Assembly: GCA_963827235.1 (NCBI GenBank)
Contig: CAWHAE010000012.1
Span: 576,001 to 640,000 of the forward strand
Direction of reading: 5' to 3'
DNA from: an uncultured bacterium
GTDB lineage: Bacteria > Chloroflexota > UBA5177 > JANWHV01
DNA length: 64,000 nt
The position numbers and the translations under genes are program-made. Shown piece after piece: positions 40,171 through 50,891 of this stretch (its first letter is position 1; each line of letters opens with the position of its first letter). The notes under the pieces are model-generated. The model did no database searches, had not been told where the DNA came from, and was given only the letters and a program-made list of their open reading frames with translations.

Positions 40171-41030
40171 GGCAGCAGACCGGAGCAGGCCGGCCGGCGA
40201 CATGCCGCCTCTGGCGCGCCTCCGCCGTAGGGCGTGCGCCCAGCCGTGGCCCGGCGCGGCGCCGCCGTCGCTGGGCAGGCTGGCTGCTTTCGGCGCTCAT
40301 CGTCGTCGCGCTGCTGCTCGGCTGGCAGGCGGTGATCTGGATAGGGAATCTGGAGGAATACATCCTGCCGACGCCGCTGGAAGTGTTGCAGGCGTTCGGG
40401 CAGTCCGACACGCGCGGCTTGATCCTCGACAACCTCGGTCCCACGCTGACCGAGGCCTCGCTGGGTTTCGCGCTGTGCCTGGTCGTAGGCGCCCTGCTGG
40501 CCGTGGCCATGTTCGCCTCGCGCGTGGTGCGCGACGGGCTCTATCCCCTGTTGATCGCTTCGCAGGCCATCCCCACCATCGCCATTGGCGCCGTCCTGCT
40601 GGTGGCGCTAGGCTACGGACCGCAGCCGAAGATCGCGGTAGTGGTGCTGTACTCGTTCTTCGCCGTCAGCGTGAACGTCTACGACAGCCTGCAAGCGCTC
40701 GATCCCGAGCTTCCCGCCCTGCTTCGCACGCTTGGCGCCTCACCCTGGCAGGTGTTGTGGACCGCGCGCGTCCCCGCCGCCCTACCGGGCTTCTTCACCG
40801 GCGCCAAGCTGGCCGCTACGTACAGCATCTCGGGAGCCATCTATGGCGAGTGGGTGGGCGCCACCGGCGGCCTGGGCTATGCCCTTCAGATGGCGGCCAA
40901 TCAGAATCACTCGCCCACGGTGCTGGCCATCGTCGTGGTCATGGCAGTGCTGGGCATCCTGGCGTTTTCCATCGTGGCCGTGCTCGAGCGGCTATTCGTG
41001 CCCTGGTCCGGAGGAGGATTGGATCGATGA
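40167..41030 (+). CDS. thiX: ABC permease (SsuC/TauC type), HMP transporter
   Basis: YILPTP, SQAIP, GAIYGEWVG..GLGY; ATGA overlap. Confidence 0.8.
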   Translation: MRQQTGAGRPATCRLWRASAVGRAPSRGPARRRRRWAGWLLSALIVVALLLGWQAVIWIGNLEEYILPTPLEVLQAFGQSDTRGLILDNLGPTLTEASLGFALCLVVGALLAVAMFASRVVRDGLYPLLIASQAIPTIAIGAVLLVALGYGPQPKIAVVVLYSFFAVSVNVYDSLQALDPELPALLRTLGASPWQVLWTARVPAALPGFFTGAKLAATYSISGAIYGEWVGATGGLGYALQMAANQNHSPTVLAIVVVMAVLGILAFSIVAVLERLFVPWSGGGLDR

Positions 41031-42124
41031 CCGAAGGCTCAGTTGTGAACAGGGCGGCAGAGACCACCGGTGCCCGGTCCGCACCGGATCGGCGAGCGGA
41101 GGTCTCGTCGATCACGTGCGGCCGGCGCGGCGGGAGTGTGGCCGTGATGCGCGTGGCCGTTCTCCTCGTGCTGTGCCTGGCAACGCTGGGCGGTGCGGCC
41201 TCACCTGCCGGCGCCGCCGGACACCGCAAGGTGACCGTGTGGCTGGACTGGTATCCCAACACCGACCACGCGGGCATCTACGTGGCGCAGGCCAAGGGGT
41301 ACTACGCGGCGGCCGGCCTGGACGTCAACGTGCAGGTGCCCGCGGGGGCCGCCGATGCCGTCAAGCTGGTGGCGCACGGCACGGGCGATATCGCTATCTC
41401 CTACGAGCCGACCGTGCTGCTGTCGAGCCAGGAAGGTATTCCGGTGGTGGCGGTCGGCGCCATCGTGCAGAAGCCGCTCAACGCGCTGGTCGCCCTGCGC
41501 AGCACGGGCATCAGTCGCCCCCGCCAGCTCGAGGGGCACACGGTGGGTATGGCGGGCGAGCCGAGCGACTACACCAATCTGCAGGCAGTGGTGCAGGACG
41601 ACGGCGGGATTTACGGCAAGGTCCATGCCGTCAACGTCGGCTACAACCTGTTGCCGGCTTTGCTCAGCCACCGCGTGGATGCCGTGATCGGCGTTTACTG
41701 GACCTGGGAAGCGCTGCAGGCCACGGCGGCCGGCAAGCCGGTCAACGTGATGCGGCTCGAGAGCTACGGTGTGCCCACCTACGACGAGCTGGTGTTCATC
41801 ACCGGCAAGACGCAGATCGCCGGCGAATCGGACACCATCCGCGCGTTTCTGAAGGCCACCTACAAAGGCTATGCCTACGCCTCGGCGCACACGGTCGAGA
41901 CGACCCAGATCTTGCTCAAGGTACCGGGAGTGCTGTCCACCAGCCGCTCCCTGATCGAGCAGAGTCTCGGCCTGCTGTCGCCGCTCTTCAAGGACGGCAA
42001 GGGCGCGTACGGCACCATGGACCAGCGCGCGTGGCAGGCATACGCCGACTGGATGACGGCGAAGAAGCTGATGCCGGGTCGCCTGGACGTCTCCCAGGCT
42101 ATGACGGCTTCGCTGCTCCCATGA
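41027..42124 (+). CDS. thiY: NMT1/THI5-like substrate-binding protein
   Basis: LDWYPNTDHAGIYVAQAKGYY, GVPTYDELV. Confidence 0.85.
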   Translation: MTEGSVVNRAAETTGARSAPDRRAEVSSITCGRRGGSVAVMRVAVLLVLCLATLGGAASPAGAAGHRKVTVWLDWYPNTDHAGIYVAQAKGYYAAAGLDVNVQVPAGAADAVKLVAHGTGDIAISYEPTVLLSSQEGIPVVAVGAIVQKPLNALVALRSTGISRPRQLEGHTVGMAGEPSDYTNLQAVVQDDGGIYGKVHAVNVGYNLLPALLSHRVDAVIGVYWTWEALQATAAGKPVNVMRLESYGVPTYDELVFITGKTQIAGESDTIRAFLKATYKGYAYASAHTVETTQILLKVPGVLSTSRSLIEQSLGLLSPLFKDGKGAYGTMDQRAWQAYADWMTAKKLMPGRLDVSQAMTASLLP

Positions 42125-43215
42125 GCGGCAGAAGCGAAAGGACGAGAATGAACGCAGAGCTGCCAGATATCGGCAAGATCTCGCCGGAAGTGTTCGACGA
42201 ACTGTTCTACCCACGCCTCGGCAGGCGCTCCGCCAACGTTCTGGTTGGTCCGCGGCACGGGGTGGACGTGGGCGTGGTCGATCTCGGCGGCGGCCAGGTG
42301 ATGGTCACCACCTGCGACCCCGTCTTCATCGTCCCCGCCTACGGCTTCCGCCGCGCAGCCTGGTTCGCCGTGCACATCCTGGCCTCCGACGCCGTGACCT
42401 CTGGACTGGCGCCCACGTATATGTGTATCGACCTCAACCTGCCGCCCTCGATCACGCGGTCCGAGCTCGACGAGCTGTGGACCACGGTGCACGAGGAGTG
42501 CGACCGCCTGGGCATCAGCATCATCAGCGGGCACACGGCGCGCTACCAGGGCTGCGACTACCCCATGGTCGGCGGCGCCACGGTCATGTGCATCGGCTCG
42601 AAGGACCGCTACGTGACGCCCGCCATGGCCCGCCCCGGCGATCAGGTGATCGTCACCAAGGGTGCCGCGATCGAAGCCGCCGGGCTCATGGCCGTGACCT
42701 TTCCCGGCCGCCTGGCCTCGGCATACGGCGCCAGAGTTCGCCAGCGACGCCGAGCAGACTCTTCTCCATGATGAGCGTGGTCGACGACGCCCTGACCGCC
42801 GTCTCCGTGGGCGTGCGCGATGATGGCGTCACCGGCATGCACGACGCCACCGAGTGCGGCGTGTGGGGAGGGTTGTACGAGATCGCCCAGGCCTCGGGAG
42901 TGGGCATGCGCATCGAGCAGGAGCGCGTGCCCGTGCGCGACGACGTGCGCCGGATCTGCGAGCACTTCGACATGGATCCGTATACGTCGATCAGCGAGGG
43001 CACGCTGCTGATTACCTGCAGACCGGGCAAGGCGGGCGAGGTCGTGCAGGCGCTGGCGGCGAAGAACATCGCCGCCGCGGTGGTGGGCGAGGTGACCCCT
43101 CGGCCGAAGGGGTGCGCATGCGTGAGCGGCGGCGACGAGCACGCACTCGAGCACCCGCGCGTCGATCCCTTCTGGGCAGGCCTTTGCCAAGGCCGCGCAG
43201 GGGTCCACGCGGTGA
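42121..43215 (+). CDS. AIR synthase-related (PurM/HypE/ThiL fold) protein, frameshifts near 42740 and 43180
   Basis: GPRHGVDVGV, TCDP, ILASD, SGHT, MHDATECG, SEGTLL, DPFW. Confidence 0.8.
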
Positions 43216-43218
43216 ACG

Positions 43219-43846
43219 TTGAGCGCAGCGCGCCTGCGCCTGCACGTGCTCACCGATCGGGCCGCGGCGGGGGCCCGATCGGATGAAGAAGTCGTCCGCG
43301 CCGCGCTGGCCGGAGGGGCGACCGTGATTCAGCTACGAGGCAAGACGCTCTCCGGCGGCCGAGCTTGTGCGCGTGGGTCGCCTGCTGCGCCGGCTCACGC
43401 GAGAGGCCGGGGCCCTGCTTGATCGTCAATGACCGGGTCGACGTCGCCCTGGCGGTCGGCGCCGACGGCGTGCACCTGGGACAGGACGACCTGCCTGCCG
43501 GCGACGCGCGACGACTGATCGGCGCGCGGCGCATGCTCGGCCTCTCGGCGTCGACGGTGGACGAGGCAGTGAGAGCCGACGCGGCCGGCGCCGACTACAT
43601 CGGCTTCGGTCCGGTCTTCGCCACCGGCAGCAAGGAGCGACGCCCGGCCGCCCGGCCGGGTTGGACGCGCTCGGCCGAAGCAGTGGCAGCGGTGAGCGAC
43701 GCCGATCGTGGCCATCGGCGGCATCGACGCCGAGTACCGCGGGCGCCGTGATGGCCACGGGCGCGGCCGGCATTGCCGTGATCGCCGCGGTGGTAGGCGC
43801 CGCAGACGTTGAGGAAGCGGCGCGATCGCTGCGCCGGCTGATGTGA
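43219..43846 (+). CDS. thiE: Thiamine-phosphate synthase, multiple frameshifts
   Basis: GGATVIQLRGK, LIVNDRVDVALAVGADGVHLGQDD, DYIGFGPVFATGSK, VAIGGI pieces across frames. Confidence 0.85.
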
Positions 43847-43859
43847 GGAGGAAGCATTC

Positions 43860-44691
43860 ATGACCGGCGATCTGCGGCCGGAGGGCATGGCGCCGCCCAG
43901 GGCGCTGACCATTGCCGGATCGGACTCCGGCGCCGGAGCAGGGCATACAGGCCGACCTCAAGACGTTCGCCGCCCTGGGCGTGTACGGAACCTGCGTGAT
44001 CACTGCCGTGACGGCACAGAATACGCGCGCGGTCGTGCGCGTGGAAGAGCTGAGCACCGAGATCGTCGCGGCTCAGATCGACGCCGTGATGGAGGATATC
44101 GGGGCCGGAGCGGCGAAGACGGGCATGCTCGGCAGCGCGTCGATCGTGGACATCGTGGCCGAGCGTGTGCGGCGCCACGCTCTCGCACCGCTGGTAGTCG
44201 ATCCCGTGATGGTGGCCAAGAGCGGTCACAGGCTGCTGCGCGACGACGCGGTGAGCGCGATGCGCGAGAAGCTGTTGCCGCTGGCCACGATCGTGACGCC
44301 AAACGCGCCGGAAGCCGAGGTGCTGGGAGGCATGCCGATCGCGGGCGAGGAATCGCTGGCCGAGGTCGCGCGGCGCATAGCAGATCTGGGCCCGCGCTTC
44401 GTGCTGATCAAGGGCGGGCACCTGCCGGGCGATAGCGTGGTGGACCGGCTTTGGGATGCGCGCGCCGGGCGGTTCGAGCAGCACGTTTCGCCGCGCCTGC
44501 ATACCACCAGCACGCACGGCACAGGCTGCACGCTGTCCGCGGCGATCGCGGCGTACCTGGCCATGGGGCGCGACGTGCCGGCAGCGGTAGAGGCGGCCTG
44601 CCGGTACGTCGGCTATGGCCATGCGCTCTGCCCAACCGATCGGGGCCGGCCACGGCCCCCTGCACCACTTCTGGGCGTTCGACGAGGCTAG
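43860..44691 (+). CDS. thiD: HMP/HMP-P kinase, frameshifts near 43935 and the 3' end
   Basis: ALTIAGSDSG..GIQADLKTF, KTGML, VVDPVM, TPNAPEA, KGGH, THGTGCTLSAA. Confidence 0.9.
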
Positions 44692-45104
44692 AAGGCAGGA
44701 CCGGGAAGTAGCTAATATCGCGCCTGATCAGCACTTCAGCGGCGCCAGAGGCGCCAGGATACTCTCCTTCTCACAGTAGTGCAGGCTCCAGTGACCGTCG
44801 TCGTGGCCGTGGCCTGTTCATTTGACGGGATTGCATGGTCTTTCTGGACGATCTTGCCGGTGAGCAGGCGAGCATTCTTGGGATTCCTGCCGGGGTGCCC
44901 CTCGATGGCTATCGGGCAGTGGTGGGACACAGCGGGACGGCTCGTTTGCATCCAGCTCCTCTCGTGCTTGTCCGTGCACGGATCGCTCTCGACGTCGATG
45001 CTGCGATGGTGAACCAGGCTGGGGAACGTATCGGTGGGGAACGCCAGGTCGATCTGATAGGGATCGGCGACGTGAGGATGCGCAAGATCGGGCTTGTCTG
45101 GAGG

Positions 45105-46382
45105 CTAGCGAGCTTCGTGCAGCACGCTCACGCTGCCCAGCCCTGAAGGCGCGCGAGACGACTGCACGCGCCAGGGTAGCACGCGTCGCAGCCACGCCGG
45201 CACACGGTCCCACAGGCTCGGCGTCGTCTGCGAGCCACCGCCGTTGACGACGAACAAACGCGCCTCCCGATCGTCGACCGCGACCGCATCCGGTGTGCTC
45301 CCGACGCCAACGGTAGACACAATCGCGCCGCTGCTGGCGTCCAGGATAGCAACGCTGCCCTCACCCGACGCGCTGCCTTGCTTCAGCACAAACGCTTGCT
45401 TGGTCTGGCCATCCGCAGCGACGCCGATCGGGGCAGAGCCGAGCCGTATGGTGCGGAGCAGCGCGCCGCTCCCGGCATCGAGCACGCTCAGGCCGGCAGT
45501 GCCGGTACCGACCACGTAGAGCCGGCCGCCACGTGTATCCAGCGCCAGGCACTCCGGGGTGTAGGCGACAGCGTACGGCGTTGAGGCAAGCGGGATGGTG
45601 CGCAAGACGGCCCCTGTCCGTGCATCGAGCATCGTCACCGCACCGGCTACCGCGTCCGCCACGAACACGCGTGCGGTCTGCTCGTCCACCACCACGGCAT
45701 AGGGGGCGCCGGCAGCAGGCAGGGCGCGTAAGACGGAGCCGCTGCGTGCATCGACCATGTAGACACGCGCCGGGCTGGTGCCGCCGGTCAGCACGAATGC
45801 CATGCCCGTGCGCTCGTCCACGGCCACCGCGCCCGGGTACGCGGCCTTCGGCCAGGCCTCCAGCTCAATCGTGCGCACGAGGGCACCGGTCCGGGCATCG
45901 AGCACGTCCAGGCCACCAGTCATCGTAGTAGTCCTGGCAAACACCAGCTGCTCCACCAGGAAGACGCGTCCGCTGCGACCGTCCACGCCAATCGCCGTGG
46001 GACCACCCCCGCTCCCCAGTACCGTCGTGCGCAGGACGGCGCCGCTGTGCGCATCGAGCATGCTCACGCTGTTGCCGGCCGTATTGATCACGAACGCATG
46101 CGCGTTCCGTTCATCGACCGCCACGCCCTCGGGACCCTGTCCGACCGCTATCGTCGCGAGGTAGGTGCCGGTCGCGGCGTCCAGCACGCTCACCGTGTTG
46201 TCCCGGCTGTTGACGACGAAGACGCGTCGCGTCTGGTCGTCGACTGCCACCGCGACCGGCTGCCGGCCCACGGCGATGGTGCGCAGCGGTAAAGCCACCT
46301 TATCGAGCCGGGCGATGACGAGAGCACACACACCTGCTGCCAGCAGCAAGGCCACGACGATAACCCGGCGCATCGAGAGCAC
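45105..46382 (-). CDS. YVTN/YncE beta-propeller repeat protein, secreted or anchored
   Basis: Repeated P.AVAVD..RVFVVN..VSVLDA..G units; N-terminal TM. Confidence 0.85.
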   Translation of the reverse strand: MLSMRRVIVVALLLAAGVCALVIARLDKVALPLRTIAVGRQPVAVAVDDQTRRVFVVNSRDNTVSVLDAATGTYLATIAVGQGPEGVAVDERNAHAFVINTAGNSVSMLDAHSGAVLRTTVLGSGGGPTAIGVDGRSGRVFLVEQLVFARTTTMTGGLDVLDARTGALVRTIELEAWPKAAYPGAVAVDERTGMAFVLTGGTSPARVYMVDARSGSVLRALPAAGAPYAVVVDEQTARVFVADAVAGAVTMLDARTGAVLRTIPLASTPYAVAYTPECLALDTRGGRLYVVGTGTAGLSVLDAGSGALLRTIRLGSAPIGVAADGQTKQAFVLKQGSASGEGSVAILDASSGAIVSTVGVGSTPDAVAVDDREARLFVVNGGGSQTTPSLWDRVPAWLRRVLPWRVQSSRAPSGLGSVSVLHEAR

Positions 46383-46625
46383 CTCCCGTCACGGCGCGGC
46401 CTCCCGAATGGCACGTCGGGAGTAACGTCCGATTCCCGCCCCCGTGAGCTAGCTTACTACCGTCTGGCCGGGCGTCTAGAGCATGTGATACTCAAAGCCC
46501 GCTGGACGGCAACATGTCGTGCACGTACCCGCCGCGATTGTGGCCGCTGCAAGCTTCGGAGGCCATGTGCATGCCGGGATGCGGGGCGGGGGAAGCTCAG
46601 GCGGGGTGGCAGTGAAGTGCAGACC

Positions 46626-47117
46626 TCAGGTCGCGTCGTGCACGCCGTGCTGCGCCATGGCGCACCGCGGCTGGCAGGCGACCATTTTGGCGAGCAGGGC
46701 ACAGAACTGCTCGCGTTCCGGCTTGCTCAGCGCGTCGATGATCGGCTGGGCGGCATGCGCCACTTTCGCCTCGATCTGCTCCATCAGGGCCTCGCCGGCG
46801 GGTGTGAGCGTCAGCACCTTCTGCCGCCTGTCGGCCGGGTTCTCCTCCCGCTCGACGTAGCCTCCGTGGACCAGGCGATCGACCACCCGGCTGGCGGCAG
46901 ATTGCGTGATGGAGATGCATGACGCCACGTCGGCCACGCTCAGCGACGCGCGCTGCAGCATACGCAGCACGATCGACTCGGGAAAGCTAAGGTTGGCATG
47001 CACCATCTCCTCGAAGGCGGGCTGAATGCCGCTCCAGATCAGAAGGTTGATCCATACTTCCAGGAGCTGTTCAGACGGCAGCTCGTCGAGCCGCCGCTCA
47101 TCGGATGTGGCGATCAC
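46626..47117 (-). CDS. MarR-family regulator
   Basis: SAASRVVDRLV..GYVEREENPADRRQKVLTLTPAG. Confidence 0.9.
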   Translation of the reverse strand: MIATSDERRLDELPSEQLLEVWINLLIWSGIQPAFEEMVHANLSFPESIVLRMLQRASLSVADVASCISITQSAASRVVDRLVHGGYVEREENPADRRQKVLTLTPAGEALMEQIEAKVAHAAQPIIDALSKPEREQFCALLAKMVACQPRCAMAQHGVHDAT

Positions 47118-47237
47118 TGCCGAACGACCTCCTCGTCAAGGCCAAGCGCCCCACGTCGTGGGGCGCTCGCGCACCTGGCGCCGGCTTCACTTACTCTCAC
47201 TCAGTCTCCGCCCGACCGTATTGCAGTCGCCTGCTCA

Positions 47238-48815
47238 TCAGGCCTGCGCTACCTGCGCCGCCTGCGAGCCGTGGGCGGTCTGCAGGGCCGGCTGGGCCGC
47301 TTGAGCGGCATGGTTGCGCCGCAGGACGATGCCCATGATGGTGCCCACGATCGCCATCACTACCACCACCTTGAACGTGTCGGAGAACGCAGACGCCGCG
47401 GCCCTACCCATGGCGTATTGTAACTGCTGGTTCATAGCCGCCGTCGCGGAGGCGGTCATGTGCTTGACGTTGTGGTATTGCGCCATGACCTGTGCCTGGG
47501 CATTGGCCACGTTGGTGTTTCTGCGCGAGGTCACGATGGTCGCAAGGGCGGCCACGGTGAGCGAATTGACGACCTGCGAGAGGGCGTTGGTCAGCGAAGT
47601 GACGCGGCTCACGAGGTTTCGCGGCGCCGCGTTGATCAGGTGCGTGTTCAGCGGCATCATCATCAGCCCCATGCCCACGCCGTAGAGCGCGAGGGGAAGG
47701 ATGAAGGCGGGACCGGAGGTAGAAAGGTTGACGCCGGTCAGGATGAAGGCGCCGACGGCGAGCAGCACGCCGCCGCTGAGCACCAGCGGGCGTGCGCCCA
47801 GCCGGTCAAAGAGGATGCCGCCAATGGGCATGGCTATGGCTGCTCCGAATGCCTGCGGCAGGAGGGCGAGGCCGGTGTCGAAGGCGCCGTAACCGCGCAC
47901 GCCCTGCAGGAAGAGCGGCACGAGGAGGAGGGCGCCGAACATCGCGAACTGCGTGATCCACTGCACGGGAATTGCCAGGCTGAAGTCGGGGGACTTGAAG
48001 ACGCGCAGCTCGAGCAGCGGAGACTCGGCGCGCAGCTCCGCGACACGAAGAGCACCAGGGCGACGACGCCCACCACGATGCCGGCCGATCGTGTTGGCGG
48101 AGGTCCAGCTCGTGCTGCCCTCGCTGATGCCGTAACAGAGTGCGGCAAAGGAGAGCGGCGCCAGAATGAAGCCCGGAATGTCCAGGGCCGGCTACCGACT
48201 GGCGGTCGACCCTGGGCAGGCTGCGCATGCCGAACGCAACGCCGATGATGCCGATCGGCAGATTGAGCAGGAAGATCCAGCGCCAGGTGTGGTACTGCAC
48301 GAGCCAGCCGGCCAGCACAGGGCCGATAGCCGGCGCGAACAGAATCGGCACGCCCATCATGCCCATCAACACGCCGACCTTATCGGGCGGGCTGAGCCGG
48401 TAGATGTAGGCCATGGCAACCGGGATGACGCAGCCGCCGCCGAGGCCCTGCAGGATGCGGAAAAGGATCAGCATGTTGGCGTCCTGCGCCGTGGCGCAGA
48501 GCACGGAGCCCACGGTGAACAGTGCGACGGAGGTCAAGAAGACGTACTTGGCGCCAAAGCGGTCCGACAGCCATCCGGCCAGAGGGATGACGGCGGCCTG
48601 GGCCAGCGAATAGCCGGTGACGGTCCACTGCACGGTAGTGAGCGGGGTTTTGAAGTCGACGACGAGCTTCTGCAGGGCCACGTTGACGGCGGTGCCGTCG
48701 AGCACGACCATGAAGATGCCGACGATGATGGTGATCAGCGGCACCAGGACGGAGCTAATCCGGAATGGAGCTGCTTGCTCGGCTCAGCGTAGTCCCTAGC
48801 GACGGAGACTGCCAC
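47238..48815 (-). CDS. DHA2 (EmrB/QacA) MFS efflux transporter, several frameshifts
   Basis: LDGTAVNVA, GWLSDRFG, WRWIFLLNLPIG; ORFs 47806-48744 and 47238-47966 join via frameshifts at about 48040-48190; another near 48750. Confidence 0.85.
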
Positions 48816-48943
48816 GATGGATACCCCTTCTGTTTCGCTGCGACAGGCAGATCGCGAGACGCGGGGTGACCGCGCCGGCGGGTGAGAGGCGCCCTTCGTT
48901 CCGGAAAGCCCGGCGGGGGCAGCGACCACCACCCCCAAGTATT

Positions 48944-48961
48944 ATATGCGTATTCGCATAT
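48944..48961. promoter_or_regulatory. Palindromic operator (likely MarR) upstream of MFS-marR
   Basis: ATATGCG-tatt-CGCATAT. Confidence 0.55.
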
Positions 48962-49264
48962 TCTGCGCAATAGCATGTAACGCAGTTTACTCCCGGGCGT
49001 GCAGTAGCAGCACGTGTTTGGGGGACAGCGTCATTGGCCCCAGGGACAAACAGATCGGCCTTGGGTTGCCACGGCGCTCGACGAGTAACACCCGCTGGAG
49101 TGTCTGCAACCTCAACACAGCACTTTGTTCGGCACTGCGGATAATCCTGTGGAATGCTCCTGCCCCTCATGTGAGCGTGAGAGATCACAAGCTGTGGAAC
49201 AGCCTGGCAGACGTTTCGAACAACTACGGACGGAACGCGATGCGGCAAACCCGGATGCCAGGGC

Positions 49265-49690
49265 ATGAATGCCTGTCTTGACACGTCGGTGCTCGTGCCC
49301 GTGTTCTACGAAGATCACGAGCACCACGAGGCCAGCCTTGCGCTATTCGTGCAGTGCGACAGCGGCGCGAGCTGCTGCGGCGCGCACAGCCTGGTCGAAG
49401 TCTTCGCCACGCTCACCCGCATGCCAGGCCGGCACCGCATTAGCGCTGAGCAGGCAATACTCTTCATCGGCAACATCCTGGAGCGGCTCGCTATCATCAC
49501 GCTGGACGGCAACGAGTACGTGCACGCTCTGGGGACGTCCGCGGCGCTGGGCATTGTCGGCGGCAGCATCCAGGACGCCATTCTGGCTCAATGCGCTCTG
49601 AAAGCCCGATCGGATGCCTTGTACACCTGGAATACTCGCCACTATACGCTCTATGGGCCGGAGGTTACCGGGCGTCGCCAGACGCCGTAA
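49265..49690 (+). CDS. vapC: PIN-domain (VapC-like) ribonuclease toxin
   Basis: LDTSVLV, HSLVEVFATLTR, GGSIQDA, YTWN. Confidence 0.85.
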   Translation: MNACLDTSVLVPVFYEDHEHHEASLALFVQCDSGASCCGAHSLVEVFATLTRMPGRHRISAEQAILFIGNILERLAIITLDGNEYVHALGTSAALGIVGGSIQDAILAQCALKARSDALYTWNTRHYTLYGPEVTGRRQTP

Positions 49691-50073
49691 GGTGGCGTCT
49701 GTGCGCCAGCACCTGGAAGCGCCTGCTTGAGCTTCAGCACCCCGTGCCTGCCGTTCGTTCCAGAGAAGGATCCGTTTACGGTACCGGGCCGGGCTACCCG
49801 GCTCCCTTGGTTCGATCCGCCACGCCCTGTCTACTTGGTCGGCAATTGCATGCGCGAAACAAGCGACTACCCTCCATAGGCCGCCCCACCAACGTTCTGA
49901 GGTGGACGACCAGCATGCTGAGGCAATCACATGTCATTCTGGGTCGCGTTTCTTGCAGCGTTCTCACAGGGCGACGCCGGGGGCAGCCCCACCGCCACGA
50001 GAATTGGCACACGAAGTGGCCCGGGTAGCCCAGCCCCCGGGCCACTTCGAATGCCTCGACGTGCGTGGCTGCC

Positions 50074-50511
50074 TTACATAACGCCCGGCACCACCACGGC
50101 CCACCAGACGCCCGCCACGCCCTGGCCACTGATGTCGCCGGGCTTCTTGTCGTTGGCGAAGGTGTAGAGCGGAGCGCCATCGTAGGTGAGCTGATCGGCA
50201 CCTCCGGCAAGCATGATCTCCCCGAACGTGCCCGGGACGCCCGCCATCTTGCTCGGCACCGTCATGCCTTTAGCCAGCACGAGCGGTGGCCAGAACGTCG
50301 CGCACTGCCCGGTGCAATTGCTCTTGCCCTTGGTGTCTTTGGCGTAGACGTAGAGCGTCATGCCCTTAGCATCGACCAGGATGTGTGCCGCCGCCGTCTT
50401 CACCGGCGCAGCCACGGCACCGTTCCGGGCGCCGGCGCTTGCGCCGGAGACGACGACCACGAGCAACAGCGGGACGAGCAACAGCGACGATAAGCGAAAT
50501 GAGAACACCAT
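50074..50511 (-). CDS. Secreted COG4315-like protein with Y-X4-D repeats
   Basis: GMTLYVYAKD, CTGQCATFWPP, PLYTFANDKKPGD..GQG..W; AGGAGG RBS. Confidence 0.85.
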   Translation of the reverse strand: MVFSFRLSSLLLVPLLLVVVVSGASAGARNGAVAAPVKTAAAHILVDAKGMTLYVYAKDTKGKSNCTGQCATFWPPLVLAKGMTVPSKMAGVPGTFGEIMLAGGADQLTYDGAPLYTFANDKKPGDISGQGVAGVWWAVVVPGVM

Positions 50512-50891
50512 GGCGTTCCTCCTTCTGGCATCCAGGCGCCGGACCACACTCCGGGTTGCGCCGGTGATAGCTTGCCACAACACAGCGTACGCTCCCGCAT
50601 CTTTACTTTCTAGCCTGAATATTGCTGCTGCGGGTCGTCGTATGCGCTCAAGCCGGCCTCTAGGCGGTCGTCGACTCAGGTCTCAGGACGCGACAAACCT
50701 GCGCTCCAACTCGGCGATGAACGCTTCTGAGAGATGTTCGGAGTCGCACACCGTGGGCCGAATCTGCTCACCAGGCTTGAGCTTCGGATCTCGAGCGTGC
50801 GGTAATCGGCATTTTGGCAGTGGAGCCGTGCTCCATGGTGAGGTCGCCGCGCCAGCCCAGAGGTACCATGAAGAAAGCAAGGAGCAGATAG

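Noticed and set aside
40160-42771. 654-aa and 679-aa ORFs as fusion proteins
   Set aside because: Upstream extensions overlap real genes in other frames; true starts are 41027 and 42121 (or 42148).
44736-45105. Possible gene fragment between thiD and the YVTN gene
   Set aside because: Coding-like composition but no start, RBS or family motif identified.
47145-47167. Palindrome AGCGCCCCACG-T-CGTGGGGCGCT upstream of marR
   Set aside because: Probably an ordinary intercistronic hairpin; single copy, no further support.
50683-50880. 65-aa minus-strand ORF ending EAFIAELERRFVAS
   Set aside because: May be a C-terminal remnant, but nothing identifiable.
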